From positions 13,578,001 through 13,642,000 of the forward strand of contig NC_043001.1 in the NCBI RefSeq assembly GCF_006345805.1: 64,000 nt of DNA, in the 5' to 3' direction. A model generated the notes under the pieces. It did no database searches. It was not told the origin of the DNA and saw nothing but the letters and a program-made list of their open reading frames with translations. Source of the stretch: Octopus sinensis. Its lineage: Eukaryota. Numbering within the stretch: the first letter of the stretch is position 1; each line of letters opens with the position of its first letter. This document shows positions 23,790 to 35,883 of the stretch, one piece after another. The position numbers were made by a program, and so were the translations under genes.

Positions 23790-23838
23790 CGTCTCCGATG
23801 AAGGGATATAATAAATATCATAAAACAACTGTAAGACG
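23790..23838 (+). ncRNA. Degenerate hammerhead-like motif (CCGATGA core)
   Basis: CGTCT-CCGATGA-AGGGATAT(AATAA)ATATCAT-AAAAC-AACT-GTA-AGACG. Stems I and II are present; GAAA and the loop-3 palindrome are each mutated. Confidence 0.45.
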
Positions 23839-23911
23839 TTCTATTTATAAATGTTCGAAAAATCTACATAGCCTTTTTTTTTTATCCCATTACGGAAAAT
23901 ATCATATATAT

Positions 23912-24118
23912 ACTCTTTTACTTGTTTCAGTCATTTGACTGCGGCCATGCTGGAGCACCGCCTTTAGTCGAGCAAATCGACCCCGAGACTTATTCTTTGT
24001 AAGCCCAGTACTTATTCTATCGGTCTCTTTTTGACGAACCGCTAAGTGACGGGGACGTAAACACACCAGGATCGGTTGTCAAGCAATGCTAGGGGGACAA
24101 ACACAGACACACAAACAT

Positions 24119-24195
<77 letters not shown>

Positions 24196-24352
24196 TACGA
24201 CAAGCTTCTTTCAGTTTCCGTCTACCAAATCCACTCACAAGGCATTGGTCGGCCCGGGGCTATAGCAGTAGACACTTGCCCAAGATGCCACGCAGTGGGA
24301 CTGAACCCGGAACCATGTGGTTGGTTAGCAAGCTACTTACTACACAGCCACT
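23912..24352 (-). mobile_element. SINE family B
   Basis: Well-conserved copy with a long internal (TA)n. Confidence 0.92.
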
Positions 24353-24374
24353 CATATATATATATATATATATA

Positions 24375-25400
24375 GTTTCAGAACTGATAGGGGCCATGCT
24401 AGGGTGCCTCCTTTTTGTCTCACTGTTATTATTGAGAGTCTCGTTTAATATGTGGCATTAGATGAATAAGGGAGTTTAATATCGCTACCCTCACCTGTAG
24501 CTCTTGCCTCGAGGCACGTTCATCTGGGACTCTCGACAGGAAGCGGTCCAGTTTTGATTTGAAAAACACCTACATCCACTTTGTGTAGTTCCCTCAATGT
24601 CTTTGGAACAATATTAAAAAGATGTGGTCCTCTCAAACCCAGGCTGTTGCACTAACTGGTCCTGAGCTGTTACAATGAGACGAACTTCTTTGTAAAGTTT
24701 CGCTGGATTGATTCAAGGTCCGCTTTTAATTCTACACTGTTGTGTGACCATAGCTATGAGCAGTAATCCAGGCGGCTGAGGACGAATGTCCTCCAGAGGA
24801 CAATCATGGTTTCCGTTTCTCTGGTTGTAAAAGTTCTCAGGATCCATCCAGCCAGTCGTCTGCACTTTGTAATCATCCTGGTAACGTGCACTTGGAAAGA
24901 AGTATCATCACTCATGTCGATACCCAGGTCTCTCACTGATTTAGGCTCTGGGATTGTAATCCCTTGTGAACAAGTGTACCCTGTAAGATTTATATTCAGT
25001 TTTATGCGCTGGTAGCGCAGGGCTTGGACTTTTTCAGCATTTAACTGCATGTTATTATCCTCAGCCCATCTGTAAATTGAGCCCAACACTTTCTGCAGGT
25101 GTGCAACATCGCTGAGGTTCTGTATTTTCTGGGAGACTTTCGTATCGTCTGCGTAGCTAGCCAGGGTGGTTATGCGGGCTTCTGAGGGCATATCTGAGAG
25201 GGGCACTATGAAAAGCAGTGGTCCCAATACATTGCCCTATGGAACACCGCTCATTATTTGTGTTTTCTTTCAGGTGGCTCCATTGGCCACTACTGCCGGA
25301 CTTCTATCTTTCAGAAAGCCATGTAACCACTCTCCAAGTTTTTCCAGCTATGCCAAGATCACGCAGTTTGTGGCATATCATGCCAGGGTATAAAGGGGTA
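24375..25400 (-). pseudogene. CR1-like LINE, 5'-truncated and internally deleted RT plus 3' UTR
   Basis: IMSGVP*GNVLGPLLF..LASYADDTK..VRDLGIDMS..LWRTFVLSRLDYCS shows RT motifs SGVPQG and YADD and the CR1-type RLDYC. The 3' UTR ends ..ctgaaac(TA)n. Confidence 0.9.
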
Positions 25401-25421
25401 GTTTATTAGCAATTAAAACCT

Positions 25422-25424
<3 letters not shown>

Positions 25425-25470
<46 letters not shown>

Positions 25471-25525
25471 TATACATATATATACACACATATACATATA
25501 TATATACACACATATACATATATAT

Positions 25526-25571
<46 letters not shown>

Positions 25572-25706
25572 ATGTATATTATACGTATATATTATATATA
25601 TTATGTATATATTATATATATTATATATGTATATATTATCTATATATTATATATATATTATATATATATCATATACATATATATATATATATGTATATAT
25701 ATATAC

Positions 25707-25739
<33 letters not shown>

Positions 25740-25790
25740 TATACATACATACACACATATAAATATATATACATATATGTACATACTTAT
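25425..25790. repeat. Degenerate (TA)n/(TACA)n tract
   Basis: Direct inspection. Confidence 0.95.
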
Positions 25791-26889
25791 AATTCTACAT
25801 TTATATACACTCACACAAACATATATTTATATTGTGTGTGTGTGTGGTGTAAGTGTATGTGCGAGGAAAGATACGTTGCTCGATGTTTTCTTTTGGTATA
25901 TACTTGAAATCTTCTCATCTTAACTTTTAATATCATGAATTATTTACTAAATCCTTAAGTTTTTTTTTTTATTTTTCCGTTTTAAATTTTCTGTCCATTA
26001 AGACCCTTTACATTATTAAACCCCACTTTATCTCACACATTAATTTTATCTATACGTTTAACCGAAACCTATAAAATTTAAGTGGTATGAATAATTTATA
26101 ATGTCAGCAAGCCTAGCTATCTAAGAGACTCAAACATTTCCTTAAAATTTATATTGAACATGTTTCAATCAATACCTAACAGGTTTTAACTTCCTTTGTC
26201 ATAAAGTAACATAGTAACTGCAATTCGGTTTCGATTATTAGCAACGATTCAGTATTTCCTTCTGCATGAGCAAAACCGATATACATTTTAAATCTTTCCA
26301 GGGACTTACTTCAGTTCGCAATAATGTGTCAGTGATGGATGTCTCTTGCAATAGGTTTTTCATATACATGTATGCACACACACACACATATATATATATA
26401 TATGAGTAGATAAATGGTACAACAAGGCACCAATATTTACTGGAAAATAGCAATCGTAATAAATACGACGTTATTGTATAGCTTCACTGCGTATATACTA
26501 GCAAAGACGCGTGTGTGCAACAAACATGAAAAAAATTTGTCTTACCTCTAGGAAGAACATCTGATAAATAGACAACCTAGAATCGGATAATGCAGGACCG
26601 GTTTCTGACTCTCCAAATACGTTTGACAACGTAAATTTGATTAGTCTTCATCAGCAGCATTTACCTAGATAAGATTTCAAATTTTGCCACATATATATAT
26701 ATATATATTATATATATATACATGTATATATATGTTTGAGTGAATGATCAAATGAAAAAGAGAGGCACTAAACATATTTCCTGGATTGCGTAAGTACTCA
26801 AATCGTTCTACGAGTCTATGAGACCTTAAACTGCCCGCAGCTGCATCAAACTGTAATTAAATGATGATGATGATGATTCGATTTTAGAA

Positions 26890-26976
26890 AATGCCACATA
26901 TTAAACGAGACTCTCAATAATAACAGTGAGACGAAAAGGAGGCACCCTGGCATGGCCCCTGCTCAGATCTGAAACT
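26890..26976 (+). mobile_element. Isolated 3' tail of the same CR1-like family as 24375-25400
   Basis: AATGCCACATATTAAACGAGACTCTCAATAATAACAGTGAGAC..CTGAAAC(TA)n is nearly identical to the reverse complement of about 24375-24460. Confidence 0.85.
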
Positions 26977-27149
26977 ATATATATATATATGTGTATATAT
27001 ATATATATATATATGATATTTTCTGTAATGGGCTAAAAAAACAAGGCTATGTAGATTTTAGAAAACTGGAAGAATCCCGTCGTATACGCTGAAACATACA
27101 ACAGAATAAAAGAATAAATAAATAAATAAATAAATATAAATATGAGTCA

Positions 27150-27243
27150 TGTGGTCGAATTGTTCGATTAAAGGCGGTTGTCCAGCATGGCCGCAGTGAA
27201 ATGACTGAAACAAGTAACAGAATAAAAAATATAATACACACAC

Positions 27244-27279
<36 letters not shown>

Positions 27280-27505
27280 CAGTGTATGTATGTAGTGTCT
27301 GTATTTGTCTGCCGCGGTTGCTTGACAAACGGCGGTAGTGCGTTTACATCTCCGTAGCGGTTAGGCAAAAGATATCGATAGAATAAGTACGAGGCTTAAG
27401 AAAATAAGAGATCTTCAGATCGCTTCGTTCGACTAAAACCCTCCAAGCGATGCTCCAGCATGTCCGTGTCAACTGACCGAAACAAGTACAAAGTAAAAGA
27501 TAAAG
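27150..27505 (+). mobile_element. Two partial SINE B 3' modules
   Basis: ..ccagcatggccgcagtgaaatgactgaaacaagta (about 27150-27230) and ..gcggttaggcaaaag..ctccagcatg.. (about 27295-27505). Confidence 0.7.
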
Positions 27506-27799
27506 GGATACATAATCATACACACACACAGGTATAGATACGAGACAGCACACCGGTGGACCAGCGACTCCCTTGTGTCCATTTGTGGCGGAGTGTCAAT
27601 CACCCGAGAGACCCCTCCCAGTCACGTTTGTAGCATTCAGCAGATATGAATATGTACTTTTGTACACGTGCGTTTGTGTTTATGCCCGTGTGTTTGTTCG
27701 TGTATGTGATATCAAGATATTTAAATTTATCAAGCATATAATGAACTAACTTTTATTATTATCTTTTTTATTTTATTTTACACGCAGCGAACTCGCTGT

Positions 27800-28123
27800 C
27801 GTGGGGTCGCAGTTTCGATTCCCAGACCGGGCGTTGTAATTGTTTATTGAGCGAAAACACATAAAAGATCCCGCAGGGGGTGATGGTGAACCCTGCTCTA
27901 CTCCTTCACTACTACTTTCTCTCACTCTTCATGTTTCTGCTGTACCTGTATTTCAAAGGGCCAGCCTTGTCACACTGCGTCACACCGAATCTCCCTGAAA
28001 ATTACGTTATGGGTATAAGTGTCTGTGGAGTGCTCAGCCACTTGTAACGTTAATTTCACGAGCAGGCTGTTCCGTTGATTGGATCAACTGGAACCCTCAT
28101 CGTCGTAATCGACGGAGTGCCAC
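27800..28123 (+). mobile_element. SINE family C (core 1 + tail b)
   Basis: ..gtttcgattcccagaccgggcgttg..gacggagtgcca. Confidence 0.85.
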
Positions 28124-29109
28124 AACACGATTTTTTTTACACTTTTAATACCTTGCGTATAATGATATTATTGAATCGTTCAAATTTATATTAAAATTAA
28201 ACTAGGACGCTTAGCTTTGATATATTCTTTTATTTTGTCGGTGCTAAAAAAATTCAGATTCTTTTATAAAAAAAATTATATGTGTAATAAATAAAGATTA
28301 ATAGCTTTCTTTATGAAAATTCTGAATTGAATTATCGGAAAACAATTCATTCTTGTGAAGTGAGATGCGTAAAGTAAGACCTACACAAATATTAGAGATT
28401 CAGATGAAGAATTATCATAATGCTTTCTTTGTTTGGTCTCTCAAATTTGGTAGCCTGTATTGTAAGTTAGTTTTGCGGAAATCTAGAAACCTTATGTTTG
28501 TCTGTATTCGCAAAGATTCATTCATGAGCAGGTTTATGAATGAATTCACTCATCTTAATTCTTACGTGTAGTGAACGAACGATTTCCACCTATGGTTTTC
28601 GCCTGAGTAAAGAAAGAAGAGAAAATATTTCTAGAATGAAGAATAAAGAGAAAATGTTCTCGGTTTATTTATTTGCAAAATTTACTCTGTTCATGATGGA
28701 AGCGAATGAAATTTATAAGACATTTAAAGCATCATTTCCTGTTGTACACGAGTAGAAAAGCGGTTATTTGAGAAGTAATTGAGATAGGTTGCAAAATCTA
28801 CTTCCGGTGTAGGTGAATACGAGGATATTCTGCAGTTTGTTTGCAATCAAAATTACTTCTCGTTGAAGTAACCGGATCTATGTTGTCCATCATCTTCCTA
28901 TATTTACCAAATATTCATAAAACAATGGCTTCATGTTCTAGAACGTCGTAAGAAATAACTAGTGTTGACATGAGTTTAATGTCCGTACAAGGAGGTAGTA
29001 TGGATTTTGCTGGTTATCACATAAATTTTAAATATGCATATCAAATTAAGACGTTATATATAATTTCAGGATACGATAGCACTCAAAACTCTTAGCGACA
29101 TTTCGCTGA

Positions 29110-29485
29110 TCATTACGATCTGAGTTCAAATTCCACCATGGTCGACCTTGCTTTCCATATTTCCGGGTTCGATAAAATGAGTACTAGTTGAGCTTTGCGG
29201 TTGATGTAATCCTTACTACTCACTCGGAATTGCTGGCCTTGTGCCAAAATTTGTAACTCATGTACTTTACAACTCAAACGCAGTGAGATAGCAGAATAGT
29301 TAGCATGCCGGAAAAAATGCTCAGCAGCATTTCGTCCGTCTTTACGTTCTGAGTTCAAATTCTACTGAGGTCGATTTTATATTTCATTTCTTTCGGGATC
29401 GATAAATTATGTACCAACTGAGCACAGGGTCGACGTAAATGAATTACCACGACCCCAAAAATTGCCGGTCTTGCACCAAAATTTA
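29110..29485 (+). mobile_element. Two degraded A2-type SINEs
   Basis: Two GAGTTCAAATT cores, each followed by an A2-like tail. Confidence 0.7.
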
Positions 29486-29692
29486 GAGCAATGGCCTAGG
29501 TGCCTTCTTGTATAAAATAACGACGCTCTATTTCCTAAGTTCAGATACCAATCCGATATTGATTTGTTATATTTATACTGAGTCAAACGAAATAAATGTC
29601 TGCTCCATAATTATGATACGAAGAAATTACTACATCTCACTGTCCCCAAATCTGGGGGAGAGTGAGATGTAATCATATATGAAATTGATATA

Positions 29693-29950
29693 TAGGGTGT
29701 TGAAAAAGTCCTTCAGCAGTGAATTGTTTTCATCCTGACTCTCCAAAAGACAGACCCTCCAAGATGTATTTCAAAACCTGTGTAGAAGAGTCAGCTTCTG
29801 TATTGGAAACGAAGGACGACACTTTCAAACAACTCTTATAAAGTTTTTTAAAGTCTTGTAAAGTCTAATATATTCTTTTGTAGTCTTATAACATCTTATA
29901 AATATTTATTTTGCAATAAAATACTGCAGAGAGACTTTTTGAACACCTTG
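29693..29950. mobile_element. Tc1/mariner-type MITE
   Basis: Ends TATAGGGTGTTGAAAAAGTC / GACTTTTTGAACACCTTGTATA are imperfect inverted repeats with TA flanks. Confidence 0.65.
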
Positions 29951-29980
29951 TATAATGTCCCCAGGTTTGCCTTATAACGT

Positions 29981-30379
29981 ACTAGCAGTATCGCCCGGCG
30001 TTGCTCGGGTTTGTAAGGGAAATAACTATATAAGCATTTTTAGAGAGTAATAGCCAAAAGATAGCAAAAAATGCATTAAAAATAGAAAATTAATAATGGC
30101 AAATTTTTTTTTAAATCGTTGACTCATCGTAGACATTTTTAGAGAGTTACTTCCCTTATATAATAGCGAAAAAAATGCATTAAAATGGAAAAAAATGATG
30201 GTAATTTTTTTTTTAATCGTAGACTCATCGTTGACGCACGCTAATACCCAGAAGGGCTCGATATGAATCACGACTATAAGATACCCGGTTTTGGTTAAAC
30301 TGCACCGCAAAATGTGGGAGTAGTTAGGAATCTAAATCGTAGGAGACAGACACACAACCTCTCTTTTATATATAAAGAT
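29981..30379 (+). mobile_element. Helentron/Helitron-like non-autonomous element (HINE/DINE-1/Lep1-like)
   Basis: Starts ACTAG..GCCCGGCGTTGCTCGGG (hairpin) and ends ..agacagacacac..TTTTATATATAAAGAT. It has an internal ~130-bp duplication. Second copy at 54696-55069. Confidence 0.7.
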
Positions 30380-30579
30380 GTAACTTAAGGTATGTTTCAA
30401 CCAAAGATTATCCCAAGGCATTTAATACACATCATCAAATATTGTATTACATCAAAATTGTGCAGAGAACTATAAGTATCAGATTAGAAAACAATGTATG
30501 TATACATATACGATACTCCTCCCCATTTCTCCATAAGTCAAAAGTAAACAGGAATTTCTTTATACTTTATTTGTATTAG

Positions 30580-30962
30580 TGGAGATACAATGGCCCAGTG
30601 GTTAGGGCTGCGAACTTCCGCCGTGGGATCGTGAGTTCCATTCCGAGACTAGGCGTTGTGAGTGCTTATTGAGTGAAAACACTTAAAACTCCACGACGCT
30701 CCGGTAGCGGTGTTGGCGAACCCTGCTGTACTCTTTCACCACAACTTTCTCTCACTCTTTCTTCCTGTTTCTGTTGTACCTGTATTTCAAAGGGGCCAGT
30801 CTTGTCACACTCTGTGTCACGCTGAATTCCCCCCGAAAGCTATGTTAAGTGTACACGTACCTGTGGTGTCCACAGTCACTTGCACCTTAATTTCACGTGC
30901 ATTCGGTTCTGTTGATCGGTTCAACTGGAACGCGCATCGTCGTAACCGACGGAGTGCCACGA
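30580..30962 (+). mobile_element. SINE family C (core 1 + tail b)
   Basis: AATGGCCCAGTGGTTAGGG head through ..accgacggagtgcca. Confidence 0.88.
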
Positions 30963-31675
30963 GTTATTTGTATTGATGGAATTAAACTCATATAAAATAT
31001 ATTCTACAATGAATACTTTCTTAGTTGTTTATATTTAATTCCAATAATCTGATAATGTTGTCTTGTGCATAAATACATAAATATGTATGGCTTAATTAAA
31101 AAGAAAAACACAGTATGCTGATTAAGCTAGTTTTACAGTAACAACAGGCCATGTCCCAGTTGATATATAACAAAAAATATTTAGAGCAGGGTTTGAAGAT
31201 AAAGGTCAGAGTACCAGAGAAATAAACCAAATCTCAATACACACGCATGTGTGCGAGTGTACAATCTCAAATATATACGCATATAATATAAATTCCTGAC
31301 CGGAAAATGAGATATATTTTGGCTCACATTTTAGACTATATAAAATATATATTCTGGGAATTTATTAGCATTATGCAGACTAGTTACACAGTAAAGTCGT
31401 AATATTGGTATATATATATCTATATATATATATATATATATATTATATTAAATTAGAGATAAAACCACTATTAGGCAAATCAAACAATGAAAAACATAAG
31501 CCAATACATAAAATTAATTAAGTTATATTATTTTAAATATATATCAAAAGTATTAAAGGTTTAATAAAAGATAAAGAGTAAAACACTACGATCGTTTCAT
31601 CCTGTACAATTCGTAATAATTCGAGTTATGGTTACAGTCAATCTTCAGGTTAATTGAAATATATATCTTAGCGAC

Positions 31676-31715
<40 letters not shown>

Positions 31716-31716
<1 letters not shown>

Positions 31717-31835
31717 GTTTGACTGTGGCCATGCTGGAGCACTGCCTTGAAGTTTTTTTAGCTGAATAAAACAACCTCAGGACTTATTTTTTAAGCCTAG
31801 TACTTAGTCTATAACTTCGCTGAACCGCTAAGCAT
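31716..31835 (-). mobile_element. SINE family B 3' fragment
   Basis: ..tttgactgtggccatgctggagcac..aagcctagtactt..gaaccgctaag. Confidence 0.7.
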
Positions 31836-32299
31836 ACGATACAGGACGACGACAACATCCACAACATCCTATATATATTATATATATATATTATATATAT
31901 AGGTGTGCGTGTGGTAGCGTGTATATATATATATATATGGATGGAAGTATATATGAATTTATATACATATGATATACGTGTATATATATATGTATATAAA
32001 GATGTATATATGTATATATATATGTGTATGTGTTTATGTTTGTGTGTTTGTGTATGTATTTGTGTGTATTTGTGTATGTTTGTGTATGGGTGTGGGTGTG
32101 TGTGTGTGTGTGTTTGTGTATGTGTGGTTGTGTGTGTGGCTTCCAATGCATCAACAGTAGAACTCTTATTTCCCCATTCAAGCATATTAATGAACTAGGA
32201 GAAATTCTTCATTATTAACCCAGGGAAAGAAGACTATAAGACTATATCGAGCGATTATTTGGTTCTACACTCGTTTTTACTGTCTATGATATTTCTCAT

Positions 32300-32646
32300 G
32301 GTATATTAATAAAACTATACATTACTCATATGTTGGGGCCTCATCGTCAAAATTGGCCTTACGAATCTCGAACCATTACGCAACTTTTCGCGACGTGAAT
32401 AAACACCAGGCCACGGGACTTAGCAAGCTAATATGGCGATTGAAGAATACGAGCTCAAGCTACAGGCTGGAATGGTCAGTTTTGTCGGTGGGCCTCCCAT
32501 TTGATAGGGGCAGAAGGAAGTGCAACCTTTGTGTCTCTGAGCTTTTCCATATATTGTTCGCCAGAGACCGAATGGTAAACGGACTTTTGCAGTCGGCTTT
32601 TCGATGCCCCCATTGGCGGCGTTTTACTTATCTTGCTTATAAATGA
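32300..32646 (+). pseudogene. Penelope-like element GIY-YIG endonuclease C-terminal remnant
   Basis: HYSYVGASSSKLALRISNHYATF..TGLSKLIWRLK..EWSVL..RRKCNLCVSELFHIL shows YIG-like YVG, R..NH, LSK.IW.LK and CNLC..E, typical of PLE endonucleases. Confidence 0.85.
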
Positions 32647-33216
32647 CGCTTACAAATGATACCTGCACCCGGTTACCCTACTTATATGAAAATAGCCCTT
32701 GGAAATAATTTTTTGAAAAAGCTTTTTAAGATAGATTTGATTAACCATTGCAAGGGGAATTACTCCCATTAGGCGAATGGTGTTTTGTTTTGACGACGTG
32801 AGGTTTTTTTTGACAAAGCATGATTAGACGAACACACGAACACATAAAATTATTTTCTGCCGCCTGACAGATTTTTCAGCAGTGACCATTGTGCAGGGCT
32901 TTTTACCAACTTACGGCCGCGCACATATAGAACAGTTCACACACACATGTTCCTAAGTAGATTTTGCCTCGCCCCACATAATACACCTAATATTCTTAAA
33001 ATAGTCAGAACCTTAGTCTCGATCACAAAGAACATCTACGCAACCCATGCTCTCACCCACCGGATTGACCGCTGCCTGACCTTAAATATCTTCAACACAG
33101 CGCCCACCACCCGATTTCAACATTGATAAACAGTTGGCCATGGGCTCTTAGGAGCCTCCTCGTTCGATTTGTTTTGCTGCGCCTCTGTTCTGTTTTTGTT
33201 CTGCCAACGGAATTCC

Positions 33217-33308
33217 TATTTCTTCCTGAAGAGAAAGATACAATATGGTCTCTTATTCAATCGGAATTTGGTAAATTGTGGCTTTCGAAACACGTGTAGA
33301 ATGCAATA
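33217..33308 (+). ncRNA. Type I hammerhead ribozyme with long stem II insert (PLE pseudo-LTR)
   Basis: CTGAAGA 33226-33232; stem II GAAAG/CTTTC (33233-33237 / 33282-33286); GAAA 33287-33290; C-ACGT-G palindromic loop 3; triplet GUA 33296-33298; stem I TTC/GAA. AATAAA follows at 33305. Confidence 0.75.
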
Positions 33309-33359
33309 AAAGGATTTCTGTTCAATCTTCGTTCAACTCCATTTCTTCCAATTCACTAA

Positions 33360-33371
33360 TAATATATATGT

Positions 33372-33441
<70 letters not shown>

Positions 33442-33540
33442 GTGTATATATGTATATATATATATATGTATATATATATATGTATATATATATATATGTA
33501 TATATATATATGTATATATATATATGTATATATATATATG

Positions 33541-33585
<45 letters not shown>

Positions 33586-33709
33586 ATATATATATATAGA
33601 TATATGTATATATATATATGTATATATATATGTATATATATATGTATATATATGTATAATATATGTATATCTATATATTATAATATATATGTATATGTAT
33701 ATATATATC

Positions 33710-33754
<45 letters not shown>

Positions 33755-33899
33755 TAATATGATATATATATATATATATAATGTGTATATATATATCTAT
33801 ATATATATATATGTATATATATATAGAATATATGTAATATATATATATATATATATAGTATATATTATATATATCTAATATGTATATATATATATATAA

Positions 33900-33947
<48 letters not shown>

Positions 33948-33966
33948 TATATATATATATATATGT

Positions 33967-34010
<44 letters not shown>

Positions 34011-34117
34011 TATATACATATATTATACACATATATGCATACATACATATAAGTGTGTGTTTGTATTTATGCATATATATGTGCGCGTGTATGTGTATGC
34101 ATATATATATATATATA
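33360..34117. repeat. ~750-bp degenerate (TA)n/(TATG)n tract
   Basis: Direct inspection. Confidence 0.95.
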
Positions 34118-34332
34118 AGTTAAGTTAAGTTAATTTTTGGGCAAAAAGCAAGGCCATGTAGGGGAACATTGAGATATGTACAGGGTGGTGTTCATGTAAA
34201 GAGTTCGGGCCACTTGAGGTCAAGGGAGATTTTGAACCGAGCGGTCGTCGGCATCTTCACTATCTCGTCCGGCAGCTTGTTCCACGGATCCGCAACCCGG
34301 ACGGAGAATGCCCCTCTCCTTCGATTGAGATA
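34118..34332 (-). pseudogene. CR1-like LINE 3' end with (AACTT)n tail
   Basis: LNRRRGAFSVRVADPWNKLPDEIVKMPTTARFKISLDLKW* matches the CR1 C-terminal F..RV...WN.LP......FK..LD motif. Confidence 0.85.
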
Positions 34333-34904
34333 CGTGTGTGTATGTGTGTGTGAGCGAGAGAGAGAGAGAGAGAGAGAGAAAGAAGGTGCATCAAATACAA
34401 GGATAGAAATCACACTGACGATGTATAACTTATTTATCAAATGTCGATAATAAAATATTCACCAAAATATGGAATCAGAGAGTTTTGACACAGCCGAAGC
34501 AATATATTCTTTGGCAATATTCCAGGCAAATCGTCTCCTACGTAGCTTTGAAGATACAGAGTATATTTTGTTTCAAAATAGAAATATGAATATACATTTT
34601 TTCTTTAACGTTGTTGTCTTTCATCTTGTATTTGCTATTCATAAATGAAAGAAAAATCTCAATAGAAAATATACATACAGTCAATAGTACTTTCGATGTA
34701 ATTCGCTTAATTTCGTTTTGATTTTGCTTCGCTGTTCTTTTATAACATGATTCCTAGAATTTCGACGTTTTCTGATTGTAATATAATCTCATAATGTCAT
34801 ATCGTGTGAAGGAAATGAAATGTTTACACCTTAAACTTTCCGATAGCAAAGGTTAGGCGATTTTTCAGAAGAACGAGACATAAACATAGATTTAATATAA
34901 ACAA

Positions 34905-34993
34905 ATGAGGAGAAGGAGGGGGAGGAGGAGAAGAAGAAGAAGAAGACGAAGAAGAAGAAGAAGAAGAAGAAGAAGAAGAAGAAGAAGAAGAAG

Positions 34994-35024
<31 letters not shown>

Positions 35025-35055
35025 CGAGGAAGAATAAGAAGAACAACAACAACAA
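34905..35055. repeat. (GAA)n trinucleotide tract
   Basis: Direct inspection; source of the poly-R/F/L ORFs. Confidence 0.95.
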
Positions 35056-35158
35056 CGGTAACAATAATAATTATCAAAATATATATTCTTGCAGGAAAAA
35101 TAACATAGAACAAATTACAAAGAACAAAAGTCGACCAACAAATTCTGAGGCAGAGATT

Positions 35159-35395
35159 AAAAAAAAAACTAGTATATGAAATTAAAAAAAATAGTATATG
35201 AAATAAAAAACTAGTATATTAAATAAAAAAACTAGTATATCAAATAAAAAAAAACTAGTATATCAAATAAAAAAACTAGTATATCAAATAAAAAAACTAG
35301 TATATCAAATAAAAAAGCTAGTATATCAAATAAAAAAACTAGTATATGAAATAAAAAAAAATAGTATATCGAATAAAAAAAAATAGTATATCAAA
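35159..35395. repeat. ~21-bp minisatellite A(n)CTAGTATAT(C/G)AAAT, about 11 units
   Basis: Head-to-tail units with no unique spacers. Confidence 0.9.
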
Positions 35396-35883
35396 TAGAA
35401 TAACAGAATATGTACAATGTATAAAAAGAACAGAGATTATAAATGTGTAAATCATGAAGTATGGCAGTGCTTTTTCTTTTTTTTTTTTGTTTAGTTGGAA
35501 ATGTAAAATATAACCAAAGCAAAGGAATTTTGACTTTGTTGTTAATTCCTAAGGAATAAAATAATAAACGATAATTATGCAAATTAGTTATCGCAAATGT
35601 AATTGGAACATGCAGAACCATAAAGATGGAAACCACACGGGAAACACAATATATGCAGCAGTTAATGGAATTAAAAGTTAAAGTGATTACAAGCTCTGAT
35701 ATAATCAGAAATTAGGATTTTAACAATCTAGTAGGTTTATAAAAGAGGCAGAGAATACAGAAAATAAGAGAATATTTCTTAATTCTTATTAAAAATTATG
35801 AGAGTATTCAATTCCTGAAAATGAGGCAGGAGAAATATCACGGAAACATAATATAGTAAAAACAAAGTAGTACCCGAAATAAA

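Noticed and set aside
34831-35113. Poly-R, poly-F and poly-L ORFs
   Set aside because: Reading frames through a (GAA)n tract.
35159-35395. CRISPR-like regular short repeats
   Set aside because: Head-to-tail minisatellite with no unique spacers and no cas genes, in a eukaryotic context.
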